Below are positions 50,687-60,461 of a DNA stretch of 64,000 nucleotides, piece by piece. Source of the DNA: Marinicella sp. (lineage in GTDB: Bacteria; Pseudomonadota; Gammaproteobacteria; Xanthomonadales; Marinicellaceae); assembly GCA_965230295.1 (NCBI GenBank), contig OZ246001.1, forward strand, positions 2,368,001-2,432,000, written 5' to 3'. The notes under the pieces were generated by a model. That model was given only the letters and a program-made list of their open reading frames with translations. It made no database searches and was not told the origin of the DNA. The position numbers and the translations under genes are program-made. The stretch's first letter is position 1. Each line of letters starts with the position of its first letter.

Positions 50687-51198
50687 ATTTTGTTACCTAT
50701 TTTACTTTCCCTGTTTAAATGAGTTGTGAGTTGTTTTCTGGCACGAAACAATTGGGTCATGACTGCACTGGGACTGACATCAAGTTGTTCAGCTATTTCA
50801 TCACAGCTGAATCCACCTATCACTTGTAACATCAATGGCTCGGCATATTTGGCTTCGAGGTTCATCATGGCATTTCGGGTGATGTTGATATCCATCAGTT
50901 CATCAGGCGTTTTATGGCCTTTGTCTTCGACTTCAACCACCATGTCATCCAAACTGCTGATGATGGGTTTTTTCTTCTCGAATTGTCGGGCAAACTCTCT
51001 GCGTAAGATGGTAAATATCCAACTTTTGGCGGCTTTTTGATCTTTCAGAGAATCAATGGCACGCCAAGCACGCAGGTAAGTTTCTTGAACCAGATCCTTG
51101 GCCATGTGCTCGTCTTTTCCAAGCCAATAAGCAAAGCGATACAGGTCCTCGTAATAGATGCCCAACAAGGCGTCAAATTTTCTTTCTTTCATGCTCAT
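50683..51198 (-). CDS. ECF RNA polymerase sigma factor
   Basis: DLYRFAYWL, DLVQETYLRAW, WIFTILRRE, GFSCDEIA, LFRAR. Start at ATG 51198 with a GAGG RBS. Confidence 0.92.
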   Translation of the reverse strand: MSMKERKFDALLGIYYEDLYRFAYWLGKDEHMAKDLVQETYLRAWRAIDSLKDQKAAKSWIFTILRREFARQFEKKKPIISSLDDMVVEVEDKGHKTPDELMDINITRNAMMNLEAKYAEPLMLQVIGGFSCDEIAEQLDVSPSAVMTQLFRARKQLTTHLNRESKIGNKI

Positions 51199-51323
51199 GT
51201 GACATAAGACCTCTGGCTTAAAATAATATGACAAAAAAATCATGACTTTAGGCATGTATTTTACGTGATTAAACAAAAATCTATATATTCATAGTAAGCT
51301 ACCCGTTTTTCAAAGACAGGTAT

Positions 51324-53510
51324 ATGATGAAAATTTTGACTAATCTCTTGCTGATTTTGGCTTTGACCGCATGTCAAGATCAAACCACAGAACCCGTTTC
51401 AGCCGCAGACAGTAACCCACAATCTAAGGCACCAATAGAGGAGGCAGCTATGCAAAATAAACAACCACCCATGGCAGAAAAAAGACCCCATGTATTTAAG
51501 GAACATGGTACTGAGCGCATTGACAATTACCATTGGCTCAGGGACGACACCAGGGAAGATGCCGATGTGTTGGCCTACTTGAACGCTGAAAATAAATACA
51601 CCAAACAAACCATGTCTGACAGTGAAGCATTCACTGATCGTATTTACAATGAAATCATTGAGCGAATAGTGCAGGATGACGAGTCAGTGCCTTATAAATT
51701 GGGCAATTATTGGTATTACAGCAAATATGCCAAAGGCAAAGAGTACCCAATCTATGTCCGCAAACTGGGTGATCTGGCAGCAACTGAAGAGGTGATCTTG
51801 GACGTCAACCAATTGGCTGAGGGACATGCCTATTATGCGTCAAACACACAGAGTGTCAGTCATGATCACAAGCTGTTGGGCTATTCTGAAGACACCGTCA
51901 GTCGCCGGCAGTATGACCTTAAATTCAAAGATTTAACCACCGGTGAGTTGTTACCTGATGTGATCACCAACACCACGGGTTCCATTGCTTGGGCCAAAGA
52001 CAACAAGACTGTATTCTATACCAGAAAACACCCGACAACCTTACTGCCTTATCAGGTATACCGTCATGTTTTGGGTACCCCAGTCAGTGAAGATGTGTTG
52101 GTGTATGAGGAGCAAGACAATACCTTTTATACGGCTTGTTATACTTCACGATCTCAGGACTACATCATGATTTACTCAGGTGCGACCACACTGACAGAAG
52201 TGTTTTACTTGGATGCCAATGACCCAACTGGTGAATTCCAGTCGGTGTTACCGCGTGAGGCCAAACATGAATACAGTGTGGAAGACTTCAATGGCGATTG
52301 GATCATCAAAACAAACTGGGATGCTTTGAATTCAAGGGTGATGAAAGCACCCATCGGTGACTCGCATGATAAATCCAAGTGGCAAGAAGTGGTGCCACAT
52401 GACTCGGAAACGCTGATTTACGATGTTGAAACATTCAAAGATTGGCTTGTAATTGAACAACGCAGCGAGGGGATTCGTCACCTCAAGGCTTTGAATTGGC
52501 AAACTGGTGAAAGCAAATTGATGCAGGCCGAAGAAGCCACCTACACCATGCGCATTGGTTACAATCCAGAACAAGACCAAAGCACCATGAGATATTCTTA
52601 TGATTCATTGACTCAACTAACCAGTGAGTTTGAGGTTGATTTAAACTCAGATGAAAAAACCTTGCTCAAGCAGAAAAAAATCAACGGTGATTATGATCCC
52701 AGTCATTATCAGTCAAAACGTTTGGAAATCGAAGCCCGGGATGGTGCCATGGTACCGATTTCAATGGTCTACAAAAAGGGCTTGGGAGACTTAAACACCA
52801 GACCCTTGTTGGTCTATGCTTATGGTTCGTATGGTTATTCGATTGACCCCAGTTTTTCACTCAGTCGATTGTCGCTGTTGGATCGAGGCTTTGTCTTTGC
52901 CATCCCGCACATCCGTGGTTCACAAGCCAGAGGACGTCAGTGGTATGAAGATGGCAAAATGTTCAATAAAATGAACACCTTCACAGATTTCATTGACGCC
53001 ACCCAAGCCATGCTGGCAGAAAACATTGGCGATGCCAAGCGAGTCTATGCCTGGGGAGGCAGTGCCGGCGGATTATTGATGGGTGTGGTGGCCAACCTCA
53101 ATGGCATGTTGTATGACGGTATGATTGCTGCGGTGCCTTTTGTGGATGTGGTGACCACCATGTTGGATGAAGGGATTCCATTGACGACAGGCGAATTTGA
53201 CGAATGGGGCAACCCCAAAAACAAAGACTCTTATGATTACATGTTGTCGTACTCACCTTATGATCAGGTCAAAGCACAAGATTACCCCAACATACTGATC
53301 ACCACCGGTTTGCATGATTCACAAGTCCAGTATTGGGAGCCTGCAAAATGGACTGCCAAGTTGCGTGAATTAAAAACCAATGATAATTTGGTGTTGTTGC
53401 GGACCAATATGGACACTGGGCATGGCGGCGCATCGGGTCGATTCTCTTATTACAAAGAGACGGCTGAAGATTACATGTTCCTGTTAAAGCTGGCAGGCAT
53501 CAAAGAGTAA
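51324..53510 (+). CDS. ptrB: Oligopeptidase B (S9A) with lipoprotein signal
   Basis: DNYHWLRDD, YGSYG, GGSAGG, DSQVQYWEPAKW, GHGG; lipobox LTAC. Confidence 0.93.
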   Translation: MMKILTNLLLILALTACQDQTTEPVSAADSNPQSKAPIEEAAMQNKQPPMAEKRPHVFKEHGTERIDNYHWLRDDTREDADVLAYLNAENKYTKQTMSDSEAFTDRIYNEIIERIVQDDESVPYKLGNYWYYSKYAKGKEYPIYVRKLGDLAATEEVILDVNQLAEGHAYYASNTQSVSHDHKLLGYSEDTVSRRQYDLKFKDLTTGELLPDVITNTTGSIAWAKDNKTVFYTRKHPTTLLPYQVYRHVLGTPVSEDVLVYEEQDNTFYTACYTSRSQDYIMIYSGATTLTEVFYLDANDPTGEFQSVLPREAKHEYSVEDFNGDWIIKTNWDALNSRVMKAPIGDSHDKSKWQEVVPHDSETLIYDVETFKDWLVIEQRSEGIRHLKALNWQTGESKLMQAEEATYTMRIGYNPEQDQSTMRYSYDSLTQLTSEFEVDLNSDEKTLLKQKKINGDYDPSHYQSKRLEIEARDGAMVPISMVYKKGLGDLNTRPLLVYAYGSYGYSIDPSFSLSRLSLLDRGFVFAIPHIRGSQARGRQWYEDGKMFNKMNTFTDFIDATQAMLAENIGDAKRVYAWGGSAGGLLMGVVANLNGMLYDGMIAAVPFVDVVTTMLDEGIPLTTGEFDEWGNPKNKDSYDYMLSYSPYDQVKAQDYPNILITTGLHDSQVQYWEPAKWTAKLRELKTNDNLVLLRTNMDTGHGGASGRFSYYKETAEDYMFLLKLAGIKE

Positions 53511-53527
53511 GAAACGGATCCTTTTGG

Positions 53528-53565
53528 CATCAAAAAACCCATTCAGTAGAATGGGTTTTTTGATG
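53528..53565. terminator. Bidirectional intrinsic terminator
   Basis: catcaaaaaacccattc-agta-gaatgggttttttgatg between convergent genes. Confidence 0.85.
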
Positions 53566-53582
53566 GAACTATTGAGGTCAAT

Positions 53583-56500
53583 TTAACGGGGTCTGGTCGG
53601 CTCACTGGAGATTCGGATCAACTCGGTTTGCTCTAAATTCCAATCACCCGGAATCGGATCTGCCCACAGCATGGCACTGCTCCAATCCGGATCACCTCCC
53701 AAATTCAAGGACATGGTGCCAGACAGTTCTGCACGGGTGCTGGCCGGTCCAGAACAGGTTGGGCACAAGGTGTCGCTGAAGACAGTGAATACATTAAAAT
53801 CAAATGGCTGCAAGCCATCCTGAACATCACTGATGACCCAACGAGGTTCACCGGCACCATCATAAATAAATGGGATGGTGATTGTTTTTTGACCATTGGT
53901 GATCACAGCCATGCCCCAACCAGGCGTGTCAGGGCGGCTCCACATGCCGGTGTAATCTTCAGCTTCAGGATCGACACTGAATGCCAGCCATTGAATGTCT
54001 TCGCCACCAGAATCAGAACCCAACTGCCAGGTCATACTGGCTTCCCGTTCATTATCAAAATCGATGGTGATACGCCCCAAGTTATCTGCACTGACAGTGC
54101 CGTCAGCCAATTGGGTGATTTTGAGTAAGTCGGTGTCGTAAGATGTGCCATTGAGAAAGTCAGCGGAATAATACCAAATGGGTAAACCTTGCTCATCATA
54201 GGTGTACCACAAAACCACAATGCGGTTGCCAAATATACCGATGTTAAAGCCGCGACCATCGTTGTTTGGGTTATACCAGTTACCTGCATTGGGCCTGAGA
54301 ACTTTATTTTCATCTTCGTTAAAACGATCGACCAATTGTGGCACCAAGACCATTTTATGCGGTTGGTCCAGACCAGAGCCACTGACCAATTCACCGAGAT
54401 ACTCTTGGGATTCCAAATTAAATTGCAAGATGGCGTTTTGGTCAGCCACTGCCACCAGTAATCGACCGTCCTGGGAGACATCAATACCAGTTGGGTTGGA
54501 ATAACCCAATTCAGTCAGGTCAGCAAAAATACCCTCAAAAGAACCGTCATTGCCATTGGTCATGACCAACATGTTACGACTTTGGTCGGAGTGAATCAAT
54601 GTGTTGTCGTCAGTAACCACAAATGCATAGGGATCTACCAACCAACTCGTGATGCCATTGCCAATGATTTGAAAATCTTCTGAAAATTGAAAGCTTGAGG
54701 TACTGGTACGGTATATCCTATTTTCTTGCCCCAAAGCATAAATGCTGTCAGAAGTACTGTAAAAGTCGATGATGTTCTCTGTTTCAGCACCCGCCAAGAA
54801 ACCTAAAAAGCTTTGGGTGGGGCTGGTGACGTTATTGTAAACATAAGCATCGACATGGGTTCTGTTCAGCTTGGCAACTGCCAGGGTTTGCGTCGAATCA
54901 TCTGTGGTTATTGCCGTTGGAAAACCGGTGCCTAGTTGGGCTTGCCCAGAAGCATAAGCAGGTATGAGTAAAGATGGATTGTCACCGCGGTTCATCAAAT
55001 CCAAAGTCTTTATGCTGCTGTTGGTGCTGTAGAATAAAACTTGAGTTCTTTGGTCTATTGCCAAGTCAGATTGAAAGGTTAATAGACCATCATCAGGCAA
55101 TACTTCGATGCCCTTTGATAATCCTGTTTGTGCATCGAATCGCAAGATCCGATTGTTGCCCAAACTGATCACCAACAAGTCTTGTTTTTCAGTTGACAAA
55201 TCTATGACGCCATCATTGTCATCATCGGTGTCAGCGTGGTTACCGATACCGTCATTGTCATAGTCCTTAGATTCACTGTTTTCGAACACCAGCTGATCAG
55301 CGTTGTCGCCGATGCCGTCTTTGTCACTGTCTGACACTTCAGTATTATCCAAGGGGAAAGCATCGTCAAAGTCTAAAATATTGTCATTGTCATCGTCAAA
55401 ATCTTCATTATCACCAATTCCATCGTTGTCAAAATCTGATTGTTCACTGGCATCATTGGGAAACGCATCTGCATTGTCTCCGACAGCGTCACCATCTGAA
55501 TCAGTGGTTTCGGTGCTGTCAAATGGAAACTCATCTACCCAATCAGACACACCGTCACCATCTTGATCGAGATCAATGCGGATAAAATCTGGCGGTAAGG
55601 GGGTACTTGAAATGCTGGCTTGATAGTTACTGATAGGACCCTTAAACTGATTAATCAGGTTGGCATTATTGGCTTGACCAGCAACCCCGCATGGCCCGCC
55701 ACCACATTGAACAGCCGGATTAGAAAACACATCCAGTTCAAAGAAACGGTCAGGTTGACCTGTACCAAATGACCCCATCACTGTTCCAAATTGGCCAATT
55801 TTGGCAAAACCTCGTGCATCAGCAGGATAGCCAAAGCCTGTAGGATCCCAGTTGTGATGACCTGCGCTTAAATTATGGCCTATCTCATGCACCATCAATT
55901 GATCGGTACAAATAGACCAACTGCTCATGCCATCAGCCATGATGTTGACACCATAGCTGGCATCAAAGCTGCCATCATTGTTTTGTACGGGGAAATAGGC
56001 GATACCGCAGTTGCCCCTGGTTTCGATGTTGTGGGTGCGCAGAAATATGACCAGGTCCGCTCCGGTATCGGCATAAAGCTGAGGCAAGCCCTCTAAGCCC
56101 AGCACACCTGTACCGACATTTAATATTTGTTGTATTAAATTTCTGAGGTTGATATTGGCATCATTGTTGTCATAGCCTACTTGCGCTAAACCCACCTGGC
56201 GGATGGCCAGGTCTATGGACGAATTGGCATAGGCTTGATTAGAAACATTGAAGTATTGATCAACTCGGGTTTGTAACAAACTGCCCGGGTAGCGATCAGC
56301 AATGGCCTGGTCATAAATCACCAATACATCGATGATGGTACCAGCGGCCTTGGTCGTTTTGTTTGATGATTCACCCAAATGGAGTGGTTGTTGTTTGGCA
56401 TGATCATGATCCATGCCACAATCGTTGTATGACAATCCAGATTGGGGTAATTCAACGGCCCAGATCCCAGCTTGGTTGGTGGTCAGGATGTAATGTTTGT

Positions 56501-56816
56501 TGTTCAAGTGCATCTGGCCAAACAGGCTGTTTTCACCTTTGGTGGCTGAAATGGAACCATTAGGTATGGTTTGGGTGAAACTCAGATTGGCTGAACCAGT
56601 AGATTTGGCCTGATTCAATTTTAGGGGTATGGTGATGCCACCTAACTCAAAACTCAATTGTGCCGATTTGCTGTTGTTCAAAACTATTTTGTGGTAACTA
56701 TTTGGGTTTAAGCCAGCATAGGCTTCAGGGTATTGTTTTGAAATTTTGTTGGCGTGGGTTTGGGGAAAAACGCAGGTTAGAAAACATGCAATGGCCAATG
56801 ATTTGATCAGTTTCAT
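53583..56816 (-). CDS. Secreted metzincin (reprolysin-like M12B) protease with TSP3-like Ca-binding repeats, beta-propeller and duplicated C-terminal domain
   Basis: Signal peptide; HEIGHNLSAGH and Met-turn TVMG; DxDxDGxGDxxDxFP repeats; GNWYNP and GMWSRP repeats. Confidence 0.82.
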   Translation of the reverse strand: MKLIKSLAIACFLTCVFPQTHANKISKQYPEAYAGLNPNSYHKIVLNNSKSAQLSFELGGITIPLKLNQAKSTGSANLSFTQTIPNGSISATKGENSLFGQMHLNNKHYILTTNQAGIWAVELPQSGLSYNDCGMDHDHAKQQPLHLGESSNKTTKAAGTIIDVLVIYDQAIADRYPGSLLQTRVDQYFNVSNQAYANSSIDLAIRQVGLAQVGYDNNDANINLRNLIQQILNVGTGVLGLEGLPQLYADTGADLVIFLRTHNIETRGNCGIAYFPVQNNDGSFDASYGVNIMADGMSSWSICTDQLMVHEIGHNLSAGHHNWDPTGFGYPADARGFAKIGQFGTVMGSFGTGQPDRFFELDVFSNPAVQCGGGPCGVAGQANNANLINQFKGPISNYQASISSTPLPPDFIRIDLDQDGDGVSDWVDEFPFDSTETTDSDGDAVGDNADAFPNDASEQSDFDNDGIGDNEDFDDDNDNILDFDDAFPLDNTEVSDSDKDGIGDNADQLVFENSESKDYDNDGIGNHADTDDDNDGVIDLSTEKQDLLVISLGNNRILRFDAQTGLSKGIEVLPDDGLLTFQSDLAIDQRTQVLFYSTNSSIKTLDLMNRGDNPSLLIPAYASGQAQLGTGFPTAITTDDSTQTLAVAKLNRTHVDAYVYNNVTSPTQSFLGFLAGAETENIIDFYSTSDSIYALGQENRIYRTSTSSFQFSEDFQIIGNGITSWLVDPYAFVVTDDNTLIHSDQSRNMLVMTNGNDGSFEGIFADLTELGYSNPTGIDVSQDGRLLVAVADQNAILQFNLESQEYLGELVSGSGLDQPHKMVLVPQLVDRFNEDENKVLRPNAGNWYNPNNDGRGFNIGIFGNRIVVLWYTYDEQGLPIWYYSADFLNGTSYDTDLLKITQLADGTVSADNLGRITIDFDNEREASMTWQLGSDSGGEDIQWLAFSVDPEAEDYTGMWSRPDTPGWGMAVITNGQKTITIPFIYDGAGEPRWVISDVQDGLQPFDFNVFTVFSDTLCPTCSGPASTRAELSGTMSLNLGGDPDWSSAMLWADPIPGDWNLEQTELIRISSEPTRPR

Positions 56817-56950
56817 GGGTGACATTTGTGCTTTGTAAAGCAATTATCTTACCCAATTTAAGCACCGGTGTTAAGTAAATCCTTCGTAGAAGTTTCTGAA
56901 AAAACATGAAGATCAGAGCCAGCATGTGCCAACTCTGATCCTAGTAAACT

Positions 56951-58621
56951 TTATTTTTTCAATGGTCGGTACTTGATCCGCTCCGGTTGTAAGGCTTTGC
57001 CATGGCGGTTTTTATAATCCTGTTCATATTCGGTGTAATTGCCCTCGAAGAACTCCACATGTGAGTTGTTTTCATAAGCCAAGATGTGGGTGGCGATGCG
57101 ATCCAGGAACCAGCGATCATGTGAAATCACCAACACACTGCCAGCGAAATTCAACAAGGCTTCTTCCAAGGCTCGCAAGGTTTCTACATCCAGGTCATTG
57201 GTCGGTTCGTCAAGCATCAATACATTGCCGCCGAGCTTCAGTACCTTGGCCAGTTGAAGTCGATTGCGCTCGCCGCCAGAGAGGTGCTTCACCAGTTTTT
57301 GTTGGTCTGCACCTTTGAAGTTAAAGCGGCTGAGCCAGGCTCTGGCAGGCAGGGTGTAATTGCCGACTTTGATGACTTCTTCGCCATCAGCGACTTCTTC
57401 GAACAAGGGGCGGTCATGGCCCAGGTCTTCACGACTTTGTGAAACGTATGCCAATTCAACGGTGGGGCCGATGCTGATGTGACCTTCATCTGGTTGCTCA
57501 GTCCCGGCGATCATGTTGAACAGGGTAGATTTACCCGCACCGTTGGGTCCAATGATGCCGACAATGGCGCCTTGAGGTACCTTGAATGACAAGTCATCAA
57601 TCAGGTATTTGTCACCGAATGCTTTTGAAACGTTGTTAAATTCAATCACCGCGTCACCCAACCTCGGTCCGGGTGGAATGTAAATTTGTGAAGTTTCGTT
57701 GCGTTTTTGAAACTCTTTGGATTGTAACTCCTCAAATTGTCTCAACCGCGCTTTGGATTTGGTGCGCTTGCCTTTGGCGTTTGATCGTACCCATTCTAAT
57801 TCTTGTTTGATGGTTTTCATGTGTGCCTGTTCCTGCTTTGATTCCTGTTCCAGGCGTTTTTCTTTTTGTTCCAACCAAGATGAGTAATTACCTTTCCAGG
57901 GTATGCCATGGCCGCGATCCAATTCAAGGATCCATTCAGCGGCATTGTCCAGGAAATAACGGTCATGAGTAACGGCCACTATGGTGCCAGTGAAGTCATG
58001 TAAATAGCGTTCCAACCAAGCCACCGTTTCGGCATCCAGGTGGTTGGTGGGTTCGTCCAGTAACAACATATCTGGAGCTGAGAGCAACAATTGACACAAG
58101 GCCACCCGACGCTTCTCTCCACCAGAGAGGTTTTTCACCTCGGCATCCCATGGAGGTAAACGCAAAGCTTCTGCTGCCATGTTCATGGTGCGGTCCAGGT
58201 CCCAACCATTGGCGGCATCTATTTGTTCCTGTAATTCAGCCTGTTTGGCCAGCAGATCATTCATTTCATCATCACTCATGGGCTCAGCGAATTTCATATT
58301 GATCTCATCAAAGGCCGTGAGCAGTTCTTTGACATCACCCATACCTGCTTCTACATTCTCTCGAACGGTTTTATCATCATCTAACTGTGGTTCTTGAGGT
58401 AGATAGCCTATCTTGATACCTGGCTGAGGCCGGGCTTCACCAGAATACTCAGTATCAATACCTGCCATGATCCGCAGTACCGTTGACTTTCCTGCGCCAT
58501 TCAGACCCAACACGCCAATTTTGGCACCAGGAAAGAAGGACAAAGAAATGTCTTTGATGATTTCTCGATTGGGCGGTACGGTTTTACCCACGCCCATCAT
58601 GGTGTAGATGTATTCAGCCAT
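56951..58621 (-). CDS. ettA: Energy-dependent translational throttle ABC-F protein
   Basis: LSFFPGAKIGVLGLNGAGKS; two ABC cassettes; GNYSSWLEQK..ELEWVR. Confidence 0.96.
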   Translation of the reverse strand: MAEYIYTMMGVGKTVPPNREIIKDISLSFFPGAKIGVLGLNGAGKSTVLRIMAGIDTEYSGEARPQPGIKIGYLPQEPQLDDDKTVRENVEAGMGDVKELLTAFDEINMKFAEPMSDDEMNDLLAKQAELQEQIDAANGWDLDRTMNMAAEALRLPPWDAEVKNLSGGEKRRVALCQLLLSAPDMLLLDEPTNHLDAETVAWLERYLHDFTGTIVAVTHDRYFLDNAAEWILELDRGHGIPWKGNYSSWLEQKEKRLEQESKQEQAHMKTIKQELEWVRSNAKGKRTKSKARLRQFEELQSKEFQKRNETSQIYIPPGPRLGDAVIEFNNVSKAFGDKYLIDDLSFKVPQGAIVGIIGPNGAGKSTLFNMIAGTEQPDEGHISIGPTVELAYVSQSREDLGHDRPLFEEVADGEEVIKVGNYTLPARAWLSRFNFKGADQQKLVKHLSGGERNRLQLAKVLKLGGNVLMLDEPTNDLDVETLRALEEALLNFAGSVLVISHDRWFLDRIATHILAYENNSHVEFFEGNYTEYEQDYKNRHGKALQPERIKYRPLKK

Positions 58622-58712
58622 GGTATGTTGTCAGATTTTCAAAGCCGCTATGATACAGGATTGGGCGGTAAACTGTCCATTTGATGGTCACAAAAAACCT
58701 GTTCCCGAGGGG

Positions 58713-59327
58713 TTAATTTTTGATGCCTGTCTGTTGTGACACGCCAGCTGTCAGCGCAAATCGCATGGCTTCTTCAAAGGACCAATCCAAACGTTTAACT
58801 TTGTGTTCAGGTATGAACACAGTGTAACCACCGACCATGTAACTCATGGGCAAATAGACAGTCAACAAGGTTTCATGTTCGGCTTCATCCATCCCATCCA
58901 CCACTTTTTTAGGTAGATTGTCAGCTGTAATGATGCCTATCATCATGCCCATGCCTTGGGCTTGCATGTCGACCAAAGCCACTTGTTGGTTTTTGTTCTG
59001 GTTGTTGTCGAACATACCTGCCAAATCTTTGACTGCACCATACAGTGTTTTGATCAAGGGAAAACGCAACAAGATTTTTTCGATGCGGTGGTAAAACCAA
59101 TCAATGAAGCTGAATTTCAGTAACAACCCAACCAGTAGTAACAAGCCAGCCATGACAATCAGTCCGCTGCCGGGGAAGGTCAGAAAATCCAAATGCAACC
59201 ATTGTAGTGCAGTCAGACCCATGCCATTCAGCCACTTCAAGGCTGACCATGTGATCCAGGCAGTGATGACAATCGGTAAGACCACCAAAGATCCTTTGAG
59301 TATGGATTTTACAATTAAGTTTTTCAT
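58713..59327 (-). CDS. DUF502 family membrane protein
   Basis: GSLVVLPIVIT, PLIKTLYGAVKD, VYLPMSY..GGYT. Confidence 0.85.
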   Translation of the reverse strand: MKNLIVKSILKGSLVVLPIVITAWITWSALKWLNGMGLTALQWLHLDFLTFPGSGLIVMAGLLLLVGLLLKFSFIDWFYHRIEKILLRFPLIKTLYGAVKDLAGMFDNNQNKNQQVALVDMQAQGMGMMIGIITADNLPKKVVDGMDEAEHETLLTVYLPMSYMVGGYTVFIPEHKVKRLDWSFEEAMRFALTAGVSQQTGIKN

Positions 59328-59477
59328 GTTTTTGTGGGGTTAAATAATAATTATGTTGACACAACTATTGATCAATTTCGAACCCCATTGGTCATGATTG
59401 AATCGAGGGCCCCCTGATTTGATTGACTTCTTTATGAACATGGTAGGATGTACTTCTTTATTTGAGGTATCTGGATC

Positions 59478-60404
59478 ATGAAGACAGTAGTGACGGGGTT
59501 GATGTTGTTATTGGGATTGCCTGCTTGTGCAGTGGACTCTTCTGGTGTTTCTTTGCATGTCTTGGGTGTGGCCCAGGATGCCGGTTATCCTCAACTGAAC
59601 TGTTATAAACCGCATTGCCAGGCTGGTTGGGACGATCCCAGCGCAAAGAAATATGCCACTGCATTGGGTGTGCTTGATCATGGAACCAAACACAAATTCT
59701 TGTTTGAGGCCACACCTGATATTCGTGAACAGATGCATCATCTACACCAACTGGCACCCGATGATACATTCAAATTACAGGGTATTTTCCTCACCCATGG
59801 ACACATGGGGCATTACACTGGCTTGATGCATCTGGGTCGCGAGGCTGCCGGAACCCAAGAAGTACCCGTATTTGTGATGCCAAGGTTCAAAACTTATCTG
59901 CAAAACAATGGGCCATGGAGCCAATTGGTGGCTTTGAAAAATATTGCATTGCAAGATTTGCAGGCCAATCAGCAGGTAACCTTGACCCCAAACCTTCAAG
60001 TGAAACCGGTGTTGGTGCCGCACCGGGATGAATTCACTGAAACAGTGGGTTTCCACATCAAAGGGCCCAACAAGACTGCTTTGTTTATTCCGGATATAGA
60101 TAAATGGCAAAAATGGGAGATGGACATCACTGAAGAGATTAGGCAGGTTGACTATGCTTTATTGGATGCCACATTTTATGCCAATGGAGAAATCCCCAAT
60201 CGAGACATGGCTGAAATTCCGCATCCATTTGTCACCGAGAGCATGTCTTTGTTCAAAGAATTACCCCAAGCCGATAAAAACAAAGTCATCTTCATCCATT
60301 TCAATCACAGCAACCCACTGATTGACCCGAACAGCAAGGCCAAACAGGAAGTTTTGGACAATGGTTTTCAAGTGGCCTATCGCGGGATGACTATCAACTT
60401 GTAA
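59478..60404 (+). CDS. Exported MBL-fold metallo-hydrolase (PqqB-like family)
   Basis: LGVAQDAGYPQ..C, THGHMGH, VPHRDE, IHFNHSNP; N-terminal signal/lipobox. Confidence 0.82.
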   Translation: MKTVVTGLMLLLGLPACAVDSSGVSLHVLGVAQDAGYPQLNCYKPHCQAGWDDPSAKKYATALGVLDHGTKHKFLFEATPDIREQMHHLHQLAPDDTFKLQGIFLTHGHMGHYTGLMHLGREAAGTQEVPVFVMPRFKTYLQNNGPWSQLVALKNIALQDLQANQQVTLTPNLQVKPVLVPHRDEFTETVGFHIKGPNKTALFIPDIDKWQKWEMDITEEIRQVDYALLDATFYANGEIPNRDMAEIPHPFVTESMSLFKELPQADKNKVIFIHFNHSNPLIDPNSKAKQEVLDNGFQVAYRGMTINL

Positions 60405-60461
60405 ACTACTTGAATTGGGTGCCGATTCACATGCTAAAATGCGCCACTTTTTAATCAATCA

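Noticed and set aside
55200-55580. Repetitive DNA that might be a CRISPR or tandem array
   Set aside because: Degenerate coding repeats (DxDxDG) inside the protease; no identical repeats with spacers and no cas genes.
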